Virus record (IMG/VR): IMGVR_UViG_2617270876_000003
Span: 130,209-194,208 of that record
Source: a virus
Lineage: Duplodnaviria; Caudoviricetes
DNA: 64,000 bases
Strand: one strand, 5' to 3'
Below the pieces are notes generated by a model. That model made no database searches. It saw nothing but the letters and a program-made list of their open reading frames with translations, and was not told the DNA's origin. Every line of letters starts with the position of its first letter. Position 1 is the first letter of the stretch. Shown piece by piece: positions 41,981-50,970 of the stretch. Position numbers and translations under genes: made by a program.

Positions 41981-42694
41981 ATGAAAAAAATATCTACATT
42001 CATCCTGGGTGCTGTTGTTGGAGTGACTCTTACTGCTGGAACAGCCGCAACAGCAGCGACATTTCTCAAGGCAACACCAAAAACAGTCAAAATTGTAGTG
42101 GGTAGCAATCAAAAGGCAGTAGAAGCTATGAACGTAAACAATAAACTGTATGTTTCAGTTCGTGACGCAGGAAATTCATTCGGATACTCAGTTAGCGGGG
42201 TAACAACTTCTACAGTTGCATTCAAAGAAGGAGTGACTACCAGTTCGGGAAGTACCCAAACTTCTGGAACAAGCACAGGAAGCGCAACATCAACTAAAGA
42301 GGGAGGGGAATATGTGGAGGGGCTACACGACAAGTATTCCACTGATGGAAAATTAGATGCTGATAAAATTAAGGCTGCAATTGCAGCGGGGGAAATTACG
42401 GTTAATGCGCAGGATAAAGAAACCGGAAATAGCATTTTGCACTACGTTGTTTTAGAAGATAATTTCGCTGTGTATTCAGTGATTAAAGTAAATGCTTTGA
42501 ATGTTAATATTCAGAATAAAGATGGTCAAACACCATTACATTTGGCTGTAATAAATGAAAGAATTTTTTACTTGGCGGAACTTAAGGATTATAAAGCAGA
42601 TGCAAAAATTAAAGACAATGCAGAAAAACGTCCGATAGATTATGCCGTCAAAAACTCGTCTACCTATATCAGTCTTGAAGTATATATGTTGTAA
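41981..42694 (+). CDS. Secreted ankyrin-repeat protein
   Basis: Signal peptide MKKISTFILGAVVGVTLTAG. Ankyrin motifs VNAQDKETGNSILH, VNIQNKDGQTPLHLAV, KDNAEKRPIDYA. Confidence 0.85.
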   Translation: MKKISTFILGAVVGVTLTAGTAATAATFLKATPKTVKIVVGSNQKAVEAMNVNNKLYVSVRDAGNSFGYSVSGVTTSTVAFKEGVTTSSGSTQTSGTSTGSATSTKEGGEYVEGLHDKYSTDGKLDADKIKAAIAAGEITVNAQDKETGNSILHYVVLEDNFAVYSVIKVNALNVNIQNKDGQTPLHLAVINERIFYLAELKDYKADAKIKDNAEKRPIDYAVKNSSTYISLEVYML

Positions 42695-42706
42695 TAAAAT
42701 ATCATC

Positions 42707-42751
42707 ATAATAAAAAAGACCAACTGTGATAAGTCGGTCTTTTTTATTATG
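42707..42751. terminator. Bidirectional terminator between convergent genes
   Basis: CATAATAAAAAAGACC...GGTCTTTTTTATTATG inverted repeat. Confidence 0.8.
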
Positions 42752-42752
42752 T

Positions 42753-43022
42753 CTATTTATTTACGTTTGGAGAATAATACACCCCATTCTTCCCTGCTTC
42801 TATATACACATCGTTCGGAATCCATGCAAGTTTATAGTTTAATACTTCTGCTATCTCTTTAATTTCAGAAAATTTTATGGTTCCACGTGTCAATTTGTTG
42901 TTTAGATTTTGTATAGTATCTTCTCTACCATATTTTTTATTAAGACTTGATACTAGCTGAGACATAGTTATGTCATTTTGTATTAATAACATTTGAATTT
43001 CTTTTTTTATGTAAGAAGACAT
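42753..43022 (-). CDS. Small XRE-like helix-turn-helix regulator
   Basis: ITMSQLV..LN.......QNLNNKL.RGTIKFSEI..IAEVL.Y. GGAGGTG RBS. Confidence 0.75.
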   Translation of the reverse strand: MSSYIKKEIQMLLIQNDITMSQLVSSLNKKYGREDTIQNLNNKLTRGTIKFSEIKEIAEVLNYKLAWIPNDVYIEAGKNGVYYSPNVNK

Positions 43023-43095
43023 TATTTGATCACCTCCACCCTAATTATAAAGTAAAAATAAATAATTTCAATAGTAAAAATTTCCAAAATATTTG

Positions 43096-43140
43096 TTGCA
43101 TTATTATACTTCATAATGTAATATTACACTATAAAGTATA
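43096..43140 (+). promoter_or_regulatory. SigA promoter overlapped by a 36-bp palindromic operator
   Basis: TTGCAT-17-TAATAT. TATACTTCATAATGTAAT|ATTACACTATAAAGTATA at 43105-43140. A related half site ATTATAAAGTA lies near 43044. Confidence 0.65.
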
Positions 43141-43154
43141 AGGAGATGGTTCAA

Positions 43155-43541
43155 ATGCAAACCAAAGTCCAATTCATTACCAATTTACATGAAGGCATCA
43201 ACATCTACTACGTCTTAGATCAATTTGGTCGCACATGGCACACTGTGGCCTCATCCCCATCAGAAGCAAAAAATAACATCAAGTTTGGTGAGGATGCTCT
43301 GACGTATAAATTATACACTACCGAGAAATTTGGTGAAAGTCTTCCCCAATATGATTTCAAAAATCTGATTCTAGATATACTGGAGCAAATGGGATTGCAA
43401 GATACATATGAGTATGAGGAGGTTGTGGGTTGGGACAATTGGGAGTGCTTTAAATTCATGAAACGATCATCCCTTCATCCTTGTGAATTACTTTTAGAAA
43501 TTCAAAAATCAAACATGAACTTTGATCATTGTGCGGGATAA
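43155..43541 (+). CDS. Hypothetical protein
   Basis: AGGAG RBS, first gene after the operator. Confidence 0.7.
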   Translation: MQTKVQFITNLHEGINIYYVLDQFGRTWHTVASSPSEAKNNIKFGEDALTYKLYTTEKFGESLPQYDFKNLILDILEQMGLQDTYEYEEVVGWDNWECFKFMKRSSLHPCELLLEIQKSNMNFDHCAG

Positions 43542-43688
43542 TCATCTGAATTGTTTCCCCGGTGGAAAAAAGTTACTCATTTACATAGACGAGCTTAGTT
43601 GAGTTGATATGAGAACTATGAATCGCCCAAACAGGTTGAAGACGATTAGTTGACTCATACATAAAACTATGATAAGGGATGATTTTTA

Positions 43689-44423
43689 ATGATTAAGACT
43701 TTTGAGCACGAACTATTTGGACAGATTAGAACGACTGTGAAAGACGATGAAGTGTATTTCAATTTGTATGATACTGGCTTGGCATTGGGTTATACAAAAA
43801 AGAATGGTATTGGCACTGTATATCTATTTAAAGATAGATTGGCAAAAATTTGCGAATCCTTTGATATTACTGGTGTGTACGGCACGTACACAGATGAAAA
43901 AGCCATGATTACCAAAGAAAGTGATTTTGAGAATTTGTATATTATCGAAGAGAACATTTACGATTTGATTTTTGAGTCTCAGGCAAAAAATGCTCGATCA
44001 TTCCGTAAATGGGTTACAAGTGATGTCCTCCCTGCTATTCGTAGAGACGGAATGTATGTTTCCGAAGACGCTACACACGAACAAGTAAAATTCAATCCAG
44101 ATGTATTCATGTCTAATCTTGATGATTATAATATTACAAAGCTTTATGATTTGATTGAGGCATTTCTTTCTTTCCACAGAGAGAAGAAAACGAGACTTCC
44201 TTTTAAACGCAAAAGTGCCAAGCATCACGGAAATAAGAAATTCAAAGATCATATCGACAGTATGGAAGAAATTCGAGATCAATTGATGAGTTTTCTTGAG
44301 GCAAAAATACATCAATTTAATGATTCCAATCAAGCTGGATTGGCACAAGAATATGTACGGATTAAGGGCATGGTTCACTGGAAAGTTGAAAACATGAGAT
44401 ATCGGACTGCTGCTTGCAAATAA
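43689..44423 (+). CDS. BRO-N domain antirepressor-like protein
   Basis: FEHELFGQIRT...GLALGY...IYDLIFES....ARSFRKWVTSDVLPAIRRDGMY. Confidence 0.88.
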   Translation: MIKTFEHELFGQIRTTVKDDEVYFNLYDTGLALGYTKKNGIGTVYLFKDRLAKICESFDITGVYGTYTDEKAMITKESDFENLYIIEENIYDLIFESQAKNARSFRKWVTSDVLPAIRRDGMYVSEDATHEQVKFNPDVFMSNLDDYNITKLYDLIEAFLSFHREKKTRLPFKRKSAKHHGNKKFKDHIDSMEEIRDQLMSFLEAKIHQFNDSNQAGLAQEYVRIKGMVHWKVENMRYRTAACK

Positions 44424-44663
44424 TTCTAATAAAGAAAGTGTCTCTGCTTACTTGAGACACTTTTAGTTTGTCTCGCCAACAACATCCCTCTCATCCGTAT
44501 CCCATATTGGGATTATGATCGTATCGAGGAAATATTGGACAAAGAGTTGTCTAAATTAGGACTAATATCACACAAGACTACTGTAAGCATTCAATAGATT
44601 ATAGACCTATAGACATGTGAGTGGTAAAATATTACTACAAAATGTCTATAGGAGGAAATAATT

Positions 44664-45242
44664 TTGAAAAAATTATCATTCATTGTTTTGTCGGTTTTGA
44701 TCTTAATATTATCTGTTCCATCATTGTCTTCTGCTGCAACAAAGTCTTCTTCTCCAAAATCAACAACTAAACCAAAACCTACTATCGTTGCATCTGGAAA
44801 ACTCAAAGGAACGATAACTTGGCAGTACAATGATTATGTTGGTACAAAGCCAGACGTAGGTGCAGAAATATATTTGATTCCAGTTAAATTAAAGAAGAAC
44901 TCGCTTGCTATTTCTGATTTTGTAAAGGTTGCCGATAAAAAAATAACTGCGAAATCAGTAGGTATTTATTATACTGTTGCAAATGGATATGGAAATTTTG
45001 AAATCAACAATATTCCAGTCGGCGATTATGTTATTTATGTCGTTTCAATGAAGACTTTAAGAGATGTGTTAACGCCTTATAACGACGAAACTGCTAACAA
45101 GCTACTGAAACCATACATTAAAAATTGGAATGACTTTTTAAAAGGCAGTATTCAAGCATCCAAGAGTGTAATTGATACAATGACAGTCGAAAAAAATCAA
45201 ACAATAGATTTTAGTTTTGATTTTGGAAACACAGTATACTAA
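44664..45242 (+). CDS. Secreted protein with beta-sandwich (carboxypeptidase-regulatory-like) domain
   Basis: Signal peptide, Ser/Lys/Pro linker, TWQYN.YVGTKPDVGA and ANGYGNFEINNIPVGDY. Has its own terminator at 45259-45284. Confidence 0.75.
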   Translation: MKKLSFIVLSVLILILSVPSLSSAATKSSSPKSTTKPKPTIVASGKLKGTITWQYNDYVGTKPDVGAEIYLIPVKLKKNSLAISDFVKVADKKITAKSVGIYYTVANGYGNFEINNIPVGDYVIYVVSMKTLRDVLTPYNDETANKLLKPYIKNWNDFLKGSIQASKSVIDTMTVEKNQTIDFSFDFGNTVY

Positions 45243-45460
45243 TTTATATAACTTCTCTAAGCGCCTCCCATAAGGCGCTTTTTTGATATCATAACGATTA
45301 GTACTATCCCCAATTCGGGTAATAATATATATCGAGTGTGAACATTTTATGCACCAAGCCTTACATGGTATCATATTTATTTAGTTCAATCAACAAAAAT
45401 TTGCTGTCAAGACGTATCTTTTCACCATGTTTTGTGGCATAATAATAAATACAGGGTGAC

Positions 45461-45474
45461 AGAACACCCGTTCG
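45461..45474. promoter_or_regulatory. LexA (SOS/Cheo) box
   Basis: AGAAC-ACCC-GTTCG matches the Bacillota consensus CGAAC-N4-GTTCG. Lies downstream of the extended -10 TGgCATAAT (45435-45443). Confidence 0.65.
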
Positions 45475-45532
45475 TAAAAGATATGTGTTTGATTTGACAA
45501 TTTGCATATCTTGTGTTAAAGGAGGGATATTG

Positions 45533-46186
45533 ATGGACGTAATTGATGTTGCGAAATGGTTTATAAAGAACGATTACGATGAGCCAAGAAACACAATTGA
45601 TGGCAATATGAAATTACAAAAATTGCTATACTTTTCTCAGTTAGTGCATCTAGCTAAGTATGGAGACAAATTATTTGATGAACCAATTAATGCATTTGTA
45701 AATGGTTCAGTTGTTGAAAAAGTTAGATTAAAATATCGTGATGATCATAGACAATTTGTGCAAGAATCAAAGTCATTTGAAGATGATTTAGATGAAACCA
45801 TACAATATACGTTATCTGTCGTAAAAGATGTGTTTGGTGATGTTGATGCAAGGGAACTTTCTAATTTAAATCATCTTCATGTTGGATGGAAAGAAGCCTT
45901 AGAAAAATCCGAGATAAGTAAGGGGAAATATTATAAGCCTCTAAGTATTATCTCATATGATACAATCATGGAACATGATATCGAAAGCATTAAAAAGGTT
46001 TTGGATGCTCATGAATCAACTATAGATTCAGGAAAAACTTTTGAATTAATAAACGGCGTTAAGTTTTATTATGATCCAGAAGAGATTAGTTTTGATGATG
46101 ACCTCCTAGAACAACTCGCATCATTCCAAGGAGAGGAATCCGCCTATATTGTTCATATGGACGAGGACGGTCTGGTATTTTATTAA
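45533..46186 (+). CDS. Panacea-domain (DUF4065/SocA-like) antitoxin
   Basis: DVAKWFI...MKLQKLLYFSQ.VHL...LFDEPI.AF.NG.VV...ELS.LNH....W. GGAGG RBS. Confidence 0.85.
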   Translation: MDVIDVAKWFIKNDYDEPRNTIDGNMKLQKLLYFSQLVHLAKYGDKLFDEPINAFVNGSVVEKVRLKYRDDHRQFVQESKSFEDDLDETIQYTLSVVKDVFGDVDARELSNLNHLHVGWKEALEKSEISKGKYYKPLSIISYDTIMEHDIESIKKVLDAHESTIDSGKTFELINGVKFYYDPEEISFDDDLLEQLASFQGEESAYIVHMDEDGLVFY

Positions 46187-46192
46187 TTAATT

Positions 46193-46609
46193 ATGGATAT
46201 TCAATGTGGCAATGGACTGTGGCTAAAATGTTTCTTCGCTAATGGCAATGAATGTGGTTATCCAAGGCCATTTTTAGTTATTTCCTGTAATGAGACCACT
46301 GGAACCATTCAATTATTGAATGTTTCATCAGTTTTGGGTAAAGAAAGAAAATTATTAATGGACTCAAACTTGCAAATTATGAGACATAATCCACCATTTC
46401 CAGATGCGTCTTTTGTTAAGCTTGATGAAGTTTATGGGTTAGACTATTTTCCGAAATTAATTAATTCAATAAAGAACCAAAATTTACTTCTTGAGGATGA
46501 GTTAAATAAAATAACGGAGGAATTTAGATCATATAAAGCAACCAATACTGTACTAAAGGTATCTTTTTCTTATCAAGACCTTATTTCTAGAAATAATAAA
46601 TTAAGATAA
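46193..46609 (+). CDS. Putative PemK/MazF-like toxin
   Basis: F......YPRPFLVIS...LLNVSS...SFVKLDEVY pattern, directly downstream of the Panacea gene. Confidence 0.6.
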   Translation: MDIQCGNGLWLKCFFANGNECGYPRPFLVISCNETTGTIQLLNVSSVLGKERKLLMDSNLQIMRHNPPFPDASFVKLDEVYGLDYFPKLINSIKNQNLLLEDELNKITEEFRSYKATNTVLKVSFSYQDLISRNNKLR

Positions 46610-46623
46610 GAGAGTAGTCACTC

Positions 46624-46651
46624 CCACTCCCCTCAAAAGGAGTGGTTTTTT
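46624..46651 (+). terminator. Intrinsic terminator of the toxin-antitoxin operon
   Basis: CCACTCC...GGAGTGG followed by TTTTTT. Confidence 0.75.
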
Positions 46652-46670
46652 GTTATGTAAAAACAATCTC

Positions 46671-46729
46671 ATGAAAGTCATGTTTTATAAGAAAATAGTT
46701 CTCTCAAAGCCCTTATAAATCAAGGGTTT
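46671..46729. repeat. Bipartite palindromic element (A + 17 bp + B)
   Basis: ATGAAA-GTCATG-TTTTAT, 17 bp, AAAGCCCTTATAAATCAAGGGTTT. Confidence 0.65.
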
Positions 46730-46752
46730 TTTATTATGTCTTTTTTAAGGAA

Positions 46753-47208
46753 GTGATAACTATCGCAAATGTTGCAATAAATGGATCAAAAATAACGGAG
46801 TCTATTAAATCTGGGCATGTTACCTACAATATTTACTATTGGCAAGACGGCGATGAATTTACAAGTGGACATTGGAGTTATTCGGGGCCGGGATCAACTG
46901 GGGCAAAAATTACAGGAACAGTTACTGCTACATCTACAATGAAAGTTAATGGAGTAAGTGTGGCAGTTGTTGGCGATGTTACAAATGAAACATGGATAGC
47001 AGATCCTCCTATCCCATCTGATGATGGATATAATAAATACGTTGCAACATCTCCGACATCTGGTAGTGGTCAAGGTTCGATTACTGGTGGAAACAGTAAG
47101 AATGTAAAACTAAATGGAAGTCTTATCGCTATAGTTGGTTCAGAAGTAACAACGTGTTTGGGTAATACCACGACTATTGAGGACGGAAGTTCATTATTTA
47201 ATATGTAA
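46753..47208 (+). CDS. PAAR-like spike tip protein
   Basis: Three pseudo-repeats: VAINGS, MKVNGVSVAVVGD, VKLNGSLIAIVGS...TTC....IEDGS. Confidence 0.6.
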   Translation: MITIANVAINGSKITESIKSGHVTYNIYYWQDGDEFTSGHWSYSGPGSTGAKITGTVTATSTMKVNGVSVAVVGDVTNETWIADPPIPSDDGYNKYVATSPTSGSGQGSITGGNSKNVKLNGSLIAIVGSEVTTCLGNTTTIEDGSSLFNM

Positions 47209-47222
47209 AGCGAGGTGAATAA

Positions 47223-47843
47223 ATGACAATACGCGACTCCCTCTACTTTTCTTATGCTGGAAAAAAATCTGTCGATTATGGAATTTATAATGTAAATATA
47301 AATGGCGGAATGCAAGAGGAACCATTTGCGGCTTCACGAGAAATCCAAGAAGAAAAAATAAAAGGTCGTGATCGCCCCTATTTCCAAAGTGTTGAAAAGC
47401 AGCCACTTCAATTTTCAGTTTCATTTGCTTTTGAAGATGCTTGGGACACACAAAAACTTAGAGAAGTAACAAGATGGCTGACAGAGCACGATTATTATCA
47501 AGAACTATATTTCACTAATGAACTTGGAGTGAACCCAGAAAAGGTTTACTATGCGTTGGCGGTTGATGATTCAACTATAGTCCATAATTGTCTTCGACAA
47601 GGATACGTAAATCTCACCTTTCGCTGTGACGGAGCATATGCTTATTCGCCTATCACAACTTCACCACTGTATAAATGGAGAGAAAGTACATATTCAAATA
47701 ATATTACTGATTTTTCTTCTGGTGAAAAAAAGTCAGTTATTGAAGATGTTGAAGGAAATTTAGTTTTGAATCCTCATCGCACTAAATGGAGTGACTTTTC
47801 GCCTACAATGAAGTGGTATGAATTAGATCAACTTTATACATAA
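47223..47843 (+). CDS. Distal tail protein (Dit, YomH-like), N-terminal part
   Basis: FSYAGKKS.DYGI, E.I.GRD.PYF, RWL, GYV.LTFRC...AYS. Confidence 0.75.
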   Translation: MTIRDSLYFSYAGKKSVDYGIYNVNINGGMQEEPFAASREIQEEKIKGRDRPYFQSVEKQPLQFSVSFAFEDAWDTQKLREVTRWLTEHDYYQELYFTNELGVNPEKVYYALAVDDSTIVHNCLRQGYVNLTFRCDGAYAYSPITTSPLYKWRESTYSNNITDFSSGEKKSVIEDVEGNLVLNPHRTKWSDFSPTMKWYELDQLYT

Positions 47844-47875
47844 GAGGTGACCATATTTTAAGAAAGGAGTAAAAA

Positions 47876-48514
47876 ATGTCAACAACCACTACAAAATTAG
47901 GACTTATTAAGCCAGATTATGCAACAGACGAATTAGAATCAACACTGAATGCTCTTGCCTCTAATTTTCAGAAAATTGATGATGTATCAACTGATTATGC
48001 CGATTCGCCGCCCACTTCTGGCACATGGAATTCAAAACATGTAATTCATGCAAATCTATTATCTATTGGCGGATATGTTGGATGGATTAATCTTCGCACT
48101 GGAGTAGCTGCCCCAAAATGGGGCGGTATACAATCGCATTCTAACGGAGATCATGCAGTTCCAACGAACGATAATGGTCATTATTACACATGCATTCAAA
48201 CTGGCTATTCTGGAATTACAGAACCAATCTTCCCTGTTTCAAATGGCGGAGAGGTTCAAGATACACGAGGAGGCAATACCTGGCTAACAAATCATCTGTA
48301 TAGCGTTAACGATATTGCACTTCCCACTATCAATAATGGAAGATTCTATGTTTGTATCCAACCTGGTGAGTCTGGTGATGTTGAACCAAGCTGGTCAACA
48401 ATAGACGGATCAACAACTTATGACAATAATGCTGTTTGGCATAGTTATAAAATTGCCAGATGGAAAGAGTCTGGAACTGCTGCACTTTTTAGACCATTTG
48501 GAAAGATAGAGTGA
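47876..48514 (+). CDS. Virion protein with two carbohydrate-binding (CBM5/12-like) repeats
   Basis: W...H....D...PT.DNGHYYTCIQTG.SG..EP and W...H.Y.V.D...PT.NNG.FY.CIQPG.SG..EP.W. N-terminus T.KLGL.KP. Confidence 0.65.
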   Translation: MSTTTTKLGLIKPDYATDELESTLNALASNFQKIDDVSTDYADSPPTSGTWNSKHVIHANLLSIGGYVGWINLRTGVAAPKWGGIQSHSNGDHAVPTNDNGHYYTCIQTGYSGITEPIFPVSNGGEVQDTRGGNTWLTNHLYSVNDIALPTINNGRFYVCIQPGESGDVEPSWSTIDGSTTYDNNAVWHSYKIARWKESGTAALFRPFGKIE

Positions 48515-48518
48515 TTAT

Positions 48519-49154
48519 ATGAGCAGATGGATACAATTAATAAATTTAAGCGGAATATATACCTCTCCCCCATTTTCAATTCCTATTGAAGCAGATGGAG
48601 TTATAAGTAAAGTTTCATGGGATGCTGATACACCAGAAGGAAGTTCTATTGTTGTTCAAACACGATATACAACAGACGGTTACAATTGGTCTGAATGGCG
48701 AAACTGCACAAACAATGGACAAATCCCCGAAGTTAATGAAGATATGAGTTTGTATAACTTACAACTTGTCTTCAGAGTTTTATTTAATTCAAGTTCATAT
48801 GACACATCCCCAAAGTTCAAGAATATTGCTTTTGATTTTGAGCCTGTCATAGTGTTTAACAATGATGGTGATAAAATTTGTAACCCTGAAATATGGATTA
48901 CAAAAGTTGAAAATGGCGATTTTAGTATCGTTAATTTATCGCATAACAATGATGAGTTTAAATTTGCATCGCTAGTCAATAATGAAACGGTTTATGTTAA
49001 CAACGAAACACAAGATATTCAGACAAGTCTAGCAGTTACATATCGATATAAAGATTTTAATGATAATTATCTATCCTTTCCAATAGGTAAGAATGTTTTG
49101 AAAATTAATGGAAAAGCAGATATTAAGTTTCGTTATCAATTTAAATTTGCATAG
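48519..49154 (+). CDS. Distal tail protein C-terminal part
   Basis: NNDGD....PEIWI, L..NETVYVN, FN..YL.FP.GKN.L.I.G...IKFRYQ (Sipho-tail C-terminal pattern). Confidence 0.65.
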   Translation: MSRWIQLINLSGIYTSPPFSIPIEADGVISKVSWDADTPEGSSIVVQTRYTTDGYNWSEWRNCTNNGQIPEVNEDMSLYNLQLVFRVLFNSSSYDTSPKFKNIAFDFEPVIVFNNDGDKICNPEIWITKVENGDFSIVNLSHNNDEFKFASLVNNETVYVNNETQDIQTSLAVTYRYKDFNDNYLSFPIGKNVLKINGKADIKFRYQFKFA

Positions 49155-49169
49155 TAAGGAGGTGATTAT

Positions 49170-50321
49170 TTGCCAGATTTAATTACTCAACTACAATATA
49201 ACGATCCGCTAGTTATTGTTGCTCGAAAAGGAACAACTGGAGATCCGTTTAAAGAAAGAACGGATTCTTTGCCTATTATTAATGGGATTATTACTTTGTG
49301 GGAAATTCCATCAATAACTGAACGTGTAACCATTGCTGGGATGATTGAAATTGATCAGGAAATTTTTGAACAAAGAAAAGTAATCGCTGAGAATGAATTT
49401 CTCGTCCATTACTCAACTGGCGTAGTACAATTTCATTCATCGCTTGAAGGAACAACTAAGTTATGTCGGTATAAGGGTCGCGGCTTAATTATGTATCCTG
49501 CTTCCAGAATCTACGCGATGATTAGCCGTAATCCAGATGTTGTTACTACCCTACAGGATTATATTACTGAAATTGAAATAAAGCTTGCTGAAAATACTGA
49601 CTTAATTAACAGAGTTGAAAGCTTATTATTAGAAACCAGATTGGTGATTGATGAATCAAGATTGTCAACCGATAATGCTAATACTGCTGCGCAAGCTGCA
49701 AATAACGCTGCTGATTTAGCATTAGATGCCTATAATACTACTCGTCTAGTGTTTAAAAATCCTGTCGCAAGAGAGCAAGACTTACATACTACATACCCCT
49801 TTCCGTCTGTTGGTTGGACGGTACAAACATATACGAATGGTAAAAGGTATCGGTTTGACGGTAATGACTGGATTGAAATTGATGTATTTGGCTCTAATCT
49901 ACAGGCGGTTAATGAGTTTAAAGATGGATTGATGACTATTGCAGATTATTTAAAACTAAAGTCATACCCAGATTCTATGAAAGATAGAATCATATCATTT
50001 TCTCTCCCCGATGCAGTTCAGGGTGTAATTGAGAACTTTATACCCTTTCCATTTAATGGACAACTGATTGAAATGACTGGATATTGTGAAATTGCTGGAG
50101 AGATGGTAACAGAAATATCTTTAGAGAGATCGAGAAACTTGTTGAATTGGACAGAAATTACTAGCCGAAGATTGAGATTCCAACCGAATCAACATTTTGA
50201 TGATAAGTTAGTCACTTTTAATAACAACACCATTGAATCTGGAGATATTTTTCGGATTAATATGAACACTCAAGGATTAGGAATTTATAACATAACTATT
50301 AATTTGAAAATACGAATATAA
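49170..50321 (+). CDS. Baseplate/tail fibre anchor protein
   Basis: NEF.V.Y..G.V.F motif, coiled coil ANTAAQAANNAA, DGLM...DY.KL fibre motif. Confidence 0.6.
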   Translation: MPDLITQLQYNDPLVIVARKGTTGDPFKERTDSLPIINGIITLWEIPSITERVTIAGMIEIDQEIFEQRKVIAENEFLVHYSTGVVQFHSSLEGTTKLCRYKGRGLIMYPASRIYAMISRNPDVVTTLQDYITEIEIKLAENTDLINRVESLLLETRLVIDESRLSTDNANTAAQAANNAADLALDAYNTTRLVFKNPVAREQDLHTTYPFPSVGWTVQTYTNGKRYRFDGNDWIEIDVFGSNLQAVNEFKDGLMTIADYLKLKSYPDSMKDRIISFSLPDAVQGVIENFIPFPFNGQLIEMTGYCEIAGEMVTEISLERSRNLLNWTEITSRRLRFQPNQHFDDKLVTFNNNTIESGDIFRINMNTQGLGIYNITINLKIRI

Positions 50322-50341
50322 ATAAAGGAGAAAATACATAT

Positions 50342-50881
50342 ATGAATCCAATTGTGAGCTGGTATAACGCGACAAACGCTGCACCTGTAACAACACCTTT
50401 TAATTTTGGGGTTATCGATGCAGATGACCTATCCACCGTTTTTACTTTTAATATTTGGAATAATAAAGGTGGAGCAACCGATGTCTCTAAGATGGAAGAC
50501 TGCACAATTACCACTCGTGACATGAGTGGTGGTTTGGGAAATACAGTTGGAAGTGAAATCGAAGTAGTTAAGAATAACTGGTTTCACTGCCAAGTTGACT
50601 CCCTTGGTGAAACCGATCTTACACAAGAATCTAGCCGTATTGGTAAAGATTATTCAAAACCGATTGGTACTACAGGTTCTACAACCAAGGATAACTCAGG
50701 AGCAAGTTACCCAACTCCAATTACTCCTGCCGCAAGAGAGATTTTAGGAGTGAAAAATAATGGAGTTCCAATTGACGCCGCTGGTAACTTTGTAACAGTA
50801 AGTCTGCAAGCCGATGTGCCTCTTGAAGCTAAGAGTGGACAGCAAGCGTTTAAAATTCGGGTTTCTTACCGTTACGTTTAA
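50342..50881 (+). CDS. Virion structural protein
   Basis: FG.IDA...F.IWNN.GG motif. AAAGGAG RBS and a terminator at 50908-50933. Confidence 0.65.
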   Translation: MNPIVSWYNATNAAPVTTPFNFGVIDADDLSTVFTFNIWNNKGGATDVSKMEDCTITTRDMSGGLGNTVGSEIEVVKNNWFHCQVDSLGETDLTQESSRIGKDYSKPIGTTGSTTKDNSGASYPTPITPAAREILGVKNNGVPIDAAGNFVTVSLQADVPLEAKSGQQAFKIRVSYRYV

Positions 50882-50970
50882 GAAATAAAAAATACATAAT
50901 TTACATTAGAGACACATTTATTTGTGTCTCTTTAGTTTTTAAAATCTCACAATACAATGGGAGGAAGTTT

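Noticed and set aside
5823-50898. AAAATACATA recurring near gene starts (5823, 10993, 30242, 50331, 50888) as a possible late promoter
   Set aside because: The same string also occurs inside coding regions (for example near 6493, 8957 and 13773) and is expected in AT-rich DNA. It cannot be supported without enrichment statistics or TSS data.
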